A stretch of 64,000 nt of DNA from a virus (taxonomy: Duplodnaviria > Heunggongvirae > Uroviricota > Caudoviricetes). Within the stretch, counting starts at the first letter, position 1, and each line of letters opens with the position of its first letter. The notes below the pieces were generated by a model. That model saw nothing but the letters and a program-made list of their open reading frames with translations. It was not told the origin of the DNA and ran no database searches. Positions 57,445 to 64,000 of this stretch are shown one piece after another. Location: the IMG/VR virus record IMGVR_UViG_3300031555_002904; one strand, given 5' to 3'. Made by a program: the position numbers and the translations under genes.

Positions 57445-57607
57445 AAAGCATCTCGGCTGTGCCGATAGCAACTGTGGCTACTACTGGCAAGATGAAGGGG
57501 AAGACCACCCTTCCTGCCACTACCCCAGCGATAGCCCTTTCCCCGCCCCCTGTGAAGAAGATGACTGGGATGCCGAACCTGCAGAGGAGGACGAGGACTA
57601 TGAGTAG
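57437..57607 (+). CDS. Small acidic Cys-rich peptide ending at TAG
   Basis: GAGG SD; 8-nt ATGAGTAG overlap with next gene. Confidence 0.6.
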   Translation: MAKKHLGCADSNCGYYWQDEGEDHPSCHYPSDSPFPAPCEEDDWDAEPAEEDEDYE

Positions 57608-57770
57608 ATGTTGGCGTTGCTCCCATGTGGGACAGGAAACCACGGACGATGTGGCCTGTTGCAATCTGTGTGAAGAGGGTGACGAGTGTTGGGACTTCTT
57701 CGACCCCGTCGAAGACCCTTACAACGAGGATGACCCCTATGTAGTAACAAACCCCATGGCTCATTATTGA
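57600..57770 (+). CDS. Small acidic Cys-rich peptide
   Basis: MSRCWRC...CCNLCEEGDEC. Confidence 0.55.
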   Translation: MSRCWRCSHVGQETTDDVACCNLCEEGDECWDFFDPVEDPYNEDDPYVVTNPMAHY

Positions 57771-57859
57771 GTCATGGGGTCATTTTTTGGCGGGCCGTAC
57801 ACTAGCGCTTCCGGCCCGAATTTCGATTTGTCAAGTGATTTCAAGTATTTTTTCACAAA

Positions 57860-58140
57860 ATGCGGCCGGGGCGAACATCCGTTCGGATTCCCGAAACTCG
57901 ACGGGCCGAGGACGCCAGTACTGGCCCGATTTTCCGATCGGTACACCCCATATGCAAATTTTCTGCTACTTCTAGCGACCTCTATATGGCCTCAATTTTT
58001 CCCGAAAACCAAGTCCCCGCAGGGCCGATCGGGAATCCGCATATGGCCGATCTATTTGTATAAAGCCGATCGGCTTATTATTATTCTCTTCCATTATAAT
58101 TATAACATATTTTTTTATAAAAATCAACCCGATCGGGAAA
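57860..58140. repeat. Non-coding region with repeated CCGATCGG palindromes
   Basis: CCGATCGG at about 57934, 58025, 58066, 58129, plus GGCCG variants. Confidence 0.55.
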
Positions 58141-58231
58141 TTTAGTTTTTTTTAATATTATACCAAAAAAATTCTTATTTGTCAAGGCCGCACCGACCGC
58201 AATTGACTTTATAAAAAAAATATGATATAAT
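58099..58231. promoter_or_regulatory. Two leftward and one rightward sigma-A-type promoters
   Basis: Minus TTGATT-17-TATAAT (58127-58099) and TTGACA-17-TATAAT (58185-58157); plus TTGACT-17-TATAAT (58203-58231). Confidence 0.65.
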
Positions 58232-58266
58232 AATAATACAATAAAGAAGAAATGAGGTATATACCA

Positions 58267-58704
58267 ATGATTAGTGAAAAGGATATCCTGGCCCGTCTGC
58301 GCAACGGTGAGTCTATGGATACTATCGGGCAGTCTATTGCCGACGTGCTGAACGCCGCTCAGAGTGCCTATGATGCTGAGGTTGAGGCCACCAAGAAGGC
58401 CGAGGCCGCAAACGCTCTGGCTACCCAGAAGCGCGAGCTGGCCGAGGAGTTTATTCATCTTATGCAGAGATACGGTGACCTGGTTTGTCCCGGCAGTCGT
58501 GACATTCTGTCTGAGTACACCGATGAAGACCTGGACGAAATGATCGCCGCAATCGATCAGATGTTCAATCTACTTCAGTTTGCAATTCAGATGCGCGCCG
58601 CCTTGGAAGAGAAGCCCCAGACCAAGAGCCACATTACTCCCGCCACCCACGCTTCCAAGAGCGATGATGAAGTATTAGCCAATTTCATCAAGAGTTTGGT
58701 CTAA
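58267..58704 (+). CDS. Hypothetical helical protein
   Basis: GAGG SD, strong codon bias; terminator at ~58779-58815. Confidence 0.75.
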   Translation: MISEKDILARLRNGESMDTIGQSIADVLNAAQSAYDAEVEATKKAEAANALATQKRELAEEFIHLMQRYGDLVCPGSRDILSEYTDEDLDEMIAAIDQMFNLLQFAIQMRAALEEKPQTKSHITPATHASKSDDEVLANFIKSLV

Positions 58705-59017
58705 GTGAAGAAACTCTCACAAGAAGGCTATAACTAAGAGCGTAGCTACCAAGAGAAGAGCTAGCGCAATATGATTTCAATCCCGAGGACTTTCCATGGT
58801 CCCCGGGATTTTTTATGTTTGGAAACTGATAGGGTGACGATAACGATGACGGGCAAATTGATCGATGAGTCTAGGCCCCGATCGGCCACCACACTCCACT
58901 AACTTTGTACCATATAAAACAAAAAAAAGGAGAGGTTTTACCCTCTCCTTCTCAATATTAAATGTATTGCCACAATGCCAAGAGCATAACCAATGCACCA
59001 GCCAATTATGAATTCAA

Positions 59018-59482
59018 TCATCCCTTAGCTTCCAGTCCATAGTTGAATCCATCCAAGAGAGAGTCAACGGTCATCTCTCTCGCATTCTTCAATACGGCAT
59101 CTACATCAATGCCAATCTTGACATCTCCAATAGGCCCACAATCTGCGGCCGCTGCTGTTCCGTCACACTGACTTGCAGTCTTTCCGCATACTGCATGAGC
59201 CTGTTCCTTGTAATACTGCGGACTCTGGTATTCCTGCACGTAAGATCTGGGACTGCGATACTCGTCCACATTGCCGGCTTCACTTACAGTACCATATTCA
59301 AACCAGTCGCCATTCTTGTAACGTACAATCTTATTATTGTCATCATAGACAATATAATAGACTCCGCTACTCTTATTCTTCAGTCCATGCTGAGAAGAAG
59401 CGAACACCGGCACTCCGTGCCAGTTGCCGACTCTATTTCCACCTTGATCTGCACTTTTCAAATTACTATATGAAAATTTCAT
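59018..59482 (-). CDS. Hypothetical protein
   Basis: GAAAGGA SD, MKFSYSNLK; promoter TTGATT-17-TATAAT at 59600-59572. Confidence 0.7.
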   Translation of the reverse strand: MKFSYSNLKSADQGGNRVGNWHGVPVFASSQHGLKNKSSGVYYIVYDDNNKIVRYKNGDWFEYGTVSEAGNVDEYRSPRSYVQEYQSPQYYKEQAHAVCGKTASQCDGTAAAADCGPIGDVKIGIDVDAVLKNAREMTVDSLLDGFNYGLEAKG

Positions 59483-59588
59483 TTCAATTTTCCTTTCGTT
59501 TTTCATTTCATTTTTTCAAATGAAAAATCATTTTTTCAATTCATTTTTTCATTTCATTTTTTCCTACAATTATTATATCAAAAAATAA

Positions 59589-59789
59589 TTAAAAAATCAA
59601 ATGGGAATTTTCTTCGCCCTCTTCTTTAACTTTAGTATAGTCATAAGGTATTTCAGAAACTGGTACTATATAAATAGCAGGATCTCCACTTACCATATAT
59701 AATTTAATCTCTTCAGCATCATATGGTAAATCCTCTATACTACCTATCTTAAATTTTACATCGCCCTTAGGCGCTTTAAAATATCTCAT
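59589..59789 (-). CDS. Small hypothetical protein
   Basis: AAAGGAG SD, 66 aa. Confidence 0.6.
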   Translation of the reverse strand: MRYFKAPKGDVKFKIGSIEDLPYDAEEIKLYMVSGDPAIYIVPVSEIPYDYTKVKEEGEENSHLIF

Positions 59790-59859
59790 AATCGCACTCC
59801 TTTATCACTTCATCGCCGGTAGGCGCAAGCGGATTGGTGCCAACGGCACCAAACGCACC

Positions 59860-60180
59860 TATTATCATTTACATTATCATTATCATTAACATTATCATAC
59901 ATTTGTAAGTTTTGTATTATTTGTATTTTTGTAATCATTTGGTAAAATCGTTTGTAAAATCTACTTTTATTTGTAAAATGTTTGTAAAAATTTTAGAAAT
60001 TCCACGGTTTTTGGCCGTCAACAAGCGCAGATGTTTCATCTACTTTACAAACTTCACCAATTTTACCAAACTCACCATCAGTACAAACTTTTGTATTTTT
60101 TGTAACTTTTGTATCATTTGTATTTTTGTAATTATTTGGTAAATTTGTTTGTAAATTTTGTGAATCTTTTTGTAAAAGTT
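59860..60180. repeat. AT-rich short direct repeats (TTTGTA, CATTAT), candidate replication origin
   Basis: More than ten TTTGTA(A/T) copies overlapping the 3' end of the 59993-60577 gene. Confidence 0.5.
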
Positions 60181-60577
60181 CTGGATAAGTAGAACGGATA
60201 ACCCCCAGCCGATAGCTCACTATTTGCTGCGTCAAGCCCAGTCTCTCCGCAATTTCACGCTGGCGCATGCCTCGCAGATGCAAGTCCGCAATCTGATCCA
60301 ATTTTTGATCCAAAATTTTCTTTTGTCTCTGCGTTTCCACTTTCTAATCATACTTAACATGATCCTTCCCCGCCACAACCTTTGTAGGTTCTAACATCAA
60401 TTCAACAATCATATCATCACTGCTAATCTATCCACATAAAACCATTTCAATGGCACTAATAGCCAACTCTCCGGCTTTCTCTGGATCAACAGCATATAAT
60501 TTCTTTATCTATTCAAAAGTGCTCTAATAAATAACACCACTTTGTCTAACTTCTAAATCTTTGAAATTCTCAATCAC
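59993..60577 (-). CDS. HTH protein, candidate replication initiator, 194 aa (4 TAG)
   Basis: GTG 60577 with GGAGG SD; SGVIY*STFE*IKKL N-terminus; GMRQREIAERLGLTQQIVSYRL HTH; TK/TN-repeat tail. Confidence 0.6.
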
Positions 60578-60761
60578 TGCGGCCGACCTCCCCCATAAGC
60601 GCCTCAAAGGCAGCTGTAAAGCGCGGAGTAGCCTCGTATACCCAACAATTTAGGTGCGGATTTTGCGGATTTTTCATTTCCGTAATATGTACGAATCCCT
60701 ATTGCTATAGCGCAACATGGAGTCGCAATGAATAAACTATTTTAGTCTTCGTATTTAGCAT
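60570..60761 (-). CDS. Small hypothetical protein, DUF5659-like, 63 aa (2 TAG)
   Basis: AAGGAG SD; KIVYSLRLHVAL*Q*GF...KNPQNPHLNCWVYEATPRF. Confidence 0.55.
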
Positions 60762-60774
60762 TAATATTGGCTCC

Positions 60775-60912
60775 TTATCTATCAAATTTTTCGTCTAATA
60801 ACTCTTTAATTAGACGGCGAATAACCTAAGATATGGTGAGATCATTATCTTCAGCATATTCTTGTAATAACTGTTTCTCAATATCATCAATTTTTATAGT
60901 AATTGAGGTCAC
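60775..60912 (-). CDS. Ribbon-helix-helix (CopG-like) protein, 45 aa (1 TAG)
   Basis: AGGAGG SD; MTSITIKIDDIEKQLLQEYAEDNDLTIS*VIRRLIKELL. Confidence 0.7.
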
Positions 60913-61022
60913 AGAATCACCTCCTATACTTATTATAAAAATCTAACTAATAAAATTGTCTTACCCTGTCCTACGCTGTCTTACCTTTCTTATTGTAAAT
61001 AAGCCCAACTAAATCTATCTAA

Positions 61023-61051
61023 TTGATTTTATAAAAAAAATATGATATAAT
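61023..61051 (+). promoter_or_regulatory. Sigma-A-type promoter
   Basis: TTGATT-17-TATAAT, nearly identical to 58201-58231. Confidence 0.6.
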
Positions 61052-61175
61052 ATATATGTAAGATAAAGAAAAAGAAAAAGACAAGTAACCGTCAGAATTA
61101 TCAAAATCCGTTTTTCGGAAATGTCTGACAACGTCCGACAAACCCACAAAAAAAGCCATTTGGAGGTAAAAGATT

Positions 61176-61436
61176 ATGAACGGCGTTGGCAATGATTTTC
61201 ACCCCTCAGCAATCGAAAATCACATCTATGATATAATCAACACTGAAGAGCATACCGTGTCGTCCAGTGAATACGATCGTACTATCGGTCCTGCAATTAT
61301 GGAATATCTTGAGGACTGTTCCGTACAGTTCAATATGATCGAAGATCCTTATCCCGATATGACGGGTGCATCCCTTTCCATTTGCTGGATTGAGACCGGC
61401 TACCTCCATCACATTGTACTCAATCTCAAGTACTAA
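61176..61436 (+). CDS. Hypothetical protein
   Basis: GGAGG SD, first gene of operon. Confidence 0.7.
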   Translation: MNGVGNDFHPSAIENHIYDIINTEEHTVSSSEYDRTIGPAIMEYLEDCSVQFNMIEDPYPDMTGASLSICWIETGYLHHIVLNLKY

Positions 61437-61448
61437 GGAGACCAACCC

Positions 61449-61733
61449 ATGAACTATATTCGTATCAATCACGATTTTATCAACCTGCGGCAGGCCTTGC
61501 ATATACGCGTCCTACAACCCAGTAACTCTGAGATCGCTATCCAGGTCATTTACCCGGATCGAGTAGAAACTATTCGCCTCGATACCCATGCCAGTGAGAT
61601 TTCTGAGCTTCCTGTTCTCACCCGAGAGGCCATCTCCGCAAGCATCCAAGATGCTATCGCCAGTTGCGCTGATGCGGACTGCGAGAATGTTGCATCATAT
61701 GTGGAGGACAATCTCGATGACGAAGATTACTAA
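61449..61733 (+). CDS. Hypothetical protein
   Basis: AAGGAG SD. Confidence 0.7.
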   Translation: MNYIRINHDFINLRQALHIRVLQPSNSEIAIQVIYPDRVETIRLDTHASEISELPVLTREAISASIQDAIASCADADCENVASYVEDNLDDEDY

Positions 61734-62184
61734 TAAGCACGAAGTTGTCCTCAACTTCATCGAACAGTTCCGCGCATTCGGCGACGCAGTCAAAGATTGT
61801 TTCAGCAACGGTATGTGCTGGCATTTCACAATGGTTCTGCGCGGACGCTTCGGCATGGAAAACCAGGTCATGTACGATCCAGTAGTCAACCATTTCGCCA
61901 CGAAGATCGGCGATCATATCTATGACATTACTGGCGACATTACTGATAATCCTGCTTACAAGTTTGAATACTGGGCCTCGTATTGGCTGAACGACCTCAA
62001 GGAAACCGCACGCATTCGCAGAGATTGTATATGGAAAATTCCCCACGATTTGTTGACCTGTGGGATTTGTCCCTATGGCTACGAAGATGATTTTGGCAAT
62101 TTAATCTGCGACATAGATAACTCTCCCGTCGACTGGGACGACCCCTGCAAGTGCGGCTACCACCCCGTGGAGGTGGCACAGTGA
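61717..62184 (+). CDS. Hypothetical protein with possible Cys-His-Asp triad
   Basis: GGAGG SD; FSNGMCWHF...NHFAT...IYDITG. Confidence 0.65.
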   Translation: MTKITNKHEVVLNFIEQFRAFGDAVKDCFSNGMCWHFTMVLRGRFGMENQVMYDPVVNHFATKIGDHIYDITGDITDNPAYKFEYWASYWLNDLKETARIRRDCIWKIPHDLLTCGICPYGYEDDFGNLICDIDNSPVDWDDPCKCGYHPVEVAQ

Positions 62185-62393
62185 TGTTTGTAAGAGTTAA
62201 CGGTCGATGGATTATCAATTTATCTAAGGTCAAATATCTTGGCCTATCCAATGAAAATCAAAGTAAGATCGAAGTCAAATATGAAGATGGCGAGTCAGTC
62301 ACATTCTCCTGCGACAGCGAAGAAACTGCACTGCGTAACATTCAACATATTCTTGATTTGTTCGATCCCGATGATGGAGGTGCAATCAAATAA
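62184..62393 (+). CDS. Hypothetical protein
   Basis: GGAGG SD, TGATG coupling. Confidence 0.65.
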   Translation: MFVRVNGRWIINLSKVKYLGLSNENQSKIEVKYEDGESVTFSCDSEETALRNIQHILDLFDPDDGGAIK

Positions 62394-62629
62394 TGGACGG
62401 AACTTATATCTGTTTATATTCCGTTATCTATCACGATGATAGCGGAGAGAATAAAGAGGACTTCGGTATGATTTTTGCCGACTCCTTTGCCAGCGCAGCT
62501 GAGTACCTGGAAAAGGTTCTCTATGGCGAGGATCTGGTTGAAATTACTCATATGGAATTGCTCGACACCTGCCCCATCTTCACCAAGGAAACTTGGGAAA
62601 TTATGAAGAAGGAGCTGAATAATAACTAA
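62393..62629 (+). CDS. Hypothetical acidic protein
   Basis: TAATG coupling. Confidence 0.7.
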   Translation: MDGTYICLYSVIYHDDSGENKEDFGMIFADSFASAAEYLEKVLYGEDLVEITHMELLDTCPIFTKETWEIMKKELNNN

Positions 62630-62973
62630 TGGGCGTAGATATCACTGCTCGTATTGGTATCGGATGGATAGTCACAGCCGAGCAGAGAGAAGAAATGATT
62701 GAGGCCGCCCTAGCCAATGCTTCAGAAGATGTATATGTGGAAGACGAATTCCATTTTATCAATGGCTATACCGATGATTCCGACTATTTCCTCGGCGAAT
62801 GGCTGAGTTCAGTCGATGCTGGCGAGTGGGAGGATTTGGAAGGCTTTTCTGATAACTTCGATGATGAAGATTTTATGCGAAAATATACAGAAATTCTTCG
62901 TGTTTGCGGCCAGGCCCTCAATCTCGATGACTGGGGACCACCTAAACTATATCTGATAAATCAACTATGGTGA
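62629..62973 (+). CDS. Hypothetical acidic protein
   Basis: TAATG coupling. Confidence 0.7.
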   Translation: MGVDITARIGIGWIVTAEQREEMIEAALANASEDVYVEDEFHFINGYTDDSDYFLGEWLSSVDAGEWEDLEGFSDNFDDEDFMRKYTEILRVCGQALNLDDWGPPKLYLINQLW

Positions 62974-62982
62974 GGTAAGCAT

Positions 62983-63459
62983 ATGGAACATAAATGCGGC
63001 CAGTGCGCCCTAAAGGCGCTAAAAGGTGGGATGTGCCCGATCTTCAATGCTGATATGAGTGAGAAAGACGGTTGTCCCTACTTCACCACTGAACTGCGGA
63101 CCTGCCATATCTGCGGGTCTGTGATACTCGGCGCAGGGGTTCTTGAAGCCGATGGAGATATCTGGCATGAAATGTGTCAGAAATGCGCTGCTGCATCACC
63201 CTGCAATGTATGTCAGCGCAAAGAGTGCAGATTCAATAACGATCAATCCTGCACCGAGCCGCCTTACGTAATGGTTCAACAAAGGCAAGGTAATGCAATT
63301 ATTCAAACGCAAGCACTGAACCCCAAGCGCGTTGAAGCCACCTGCGCGCAAGGTTGTCCCTGTTACAATCCAGAGGGTCTGGAAGATGGATTCTTCTGTT
63401 TGAGTACAGTGGGATGTGGCTGTAAAAACTATAAAACAAATTGGAGGAACACGAAATGA
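62983..63459 (+). CDS. Cys-rich (multi Zn-binding) protein
   Basis: Many CxxC pairs. Confidence 0.7.
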   Translation: MEHKCGQCALKALKGGMCPIFNADMSEKDGCPYFTTELRTCHICGSVILGAGVLEADGDIWHEMCQKCAAASPCNVCQRKECRFNNDQSCTEPPYVMVQQRQGNAIIQTQALNPKRVEATCAQGCPCYNPEGLEDGFFCLSTVGCGCKNYKTNWRNTK

Positions 63460-63869
63460 TTTTGATTACTGTACTTTTGATCGCACTCATTCTGACCGCC
63501 GCAGCCATCATCGTCCCCGCACTGTTCCATTACAGATCTAAGTGGCTGCACTGTGCTGTATGCGTTGGCTTGGCTATCTGCATTGTCTTCGGTGCGAGCT
63601 GCGTATGCGTTGGTAATGGTGCTCGTAATGACGCCGCTTGGCTGAAGAATGAGTCTGCTGACATCCAACTTTATTACAATACCATCGTATATTCTGATAA
63701 CGAATATGTGCGCTATGACTTCTACGACAGGGTAAAAGAATACAACCATTTCTATGCAGCCTACCAGGAAGCCATTGAGAATCCTTGGACCAGTTGGCTG
63801 TATGATGAAACTGTATTGACTGAGTGCGCGCCCATCGACTTCACGCTGCATACCGGCACATATGGCTAA
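63456..63869 (+). CDS. Membrane protein
   Basis: GGAGG SD, two TM segments. Confidence 0.7.
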   Translation: MILITVLLIALILTAAAIIVPALFHYRSKWLHCAVCVGLAICIVFGASCVCVGNGARNDAAWLKNESADIQLYYNTIVYSDNEYVRYDFYDRVKEYNHFYAAYQEAIENPWTSWLYDETVLTECAPIDFTLHTGTYG

Positions 63870-64000
63870 GGTAACAGCACCCTGTCAATATTGCGGCAGC
63901 TGCTCCATATGGCTGGCCGCATTTGAAGAGGGCTCTGGCCTCGACACAATGGAGCAGGTTGTCGAGGCCTGCAAGAAATATATGAATTGCCCTTATGTGG
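63862..64000 (+). CDS. Partial Cys-containing hypothetical protein
   Basis: MAKVTAPCQYCGSC..., runs off the window. Confidence 0.5.
   Translation, partial: MAKVTAPCQYCGSCSIWLAAFEEGSGLDTMEQVVEACKKYMNCPYV

Noticed and set aside
42412-58460. Numerous minus-strand and TTG-start ORFs in the track (e.g. 49453-50235, 56497-57297, MTN/MTK starts)
   Set aside because: Shadows of plus-strand genes, or starts called at the TTG of TTGACA; they lack SD sequences
1-64000. Integrase, lysis genes, release factor, aminoacyl-tRNA synthetase, reverse transcriptase/DGR, introns or inteins
   Set aside because: No recognisable motifs in this window; they may lie elsewhere in the genome

Overview
A 64-kb piece of a large tailed-phage genome. 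The host is probably a spore-forming Firmicute/Clostridia (inferred from sigma-A-type promoters, strong SD sequences and an AbrB/SpoVT-like gene). Positions 1-40,306 (minus strand) hold the morphogenesis block: terminase, portal, protease/scaffold, major capsid, head-tail proteins, tail tube, a ~3,120-aa tape measure protein and large tail/baseplate proteins. The ORF track fragments these genes because TAG is read as a sense codon, most likely Gln (code 15). Fragments share one frame and join across TAG into genes with SD-preceded starts and TAA/TGA ends. The plus-strand genes at 41.3-42.4 kb and a putative replication module at 60.0-60.9 kb are recoded the same way. Positions ~42,770-57,800 form a more GC-rich early-type region of about 36 tandem cassettes, each with its own consensus TTGACA-17-TATAAT promoter. 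Its genes have no in-frame TAG and two appear to end at TAG. This region also carries a layer of non-coding structure: (i) about 11 spaced GC-rich hairpins linked to a TTTGTGCA motif; (ii) three clusters of promoter-driven, ORF-less small-RNA units, several with 5' ends complementary to the next promoter's -35 region; (iii) a non-canonical tRNA-like gene with an alanine-type acceptor stem and CUA in its anticodon-position loop; (iv) a duplicated two-gene module with a pseudoknot-like 5' UTR. Coordinates of merged genes were derived by hand, and functional calls rest on motif recognition, not database searches.
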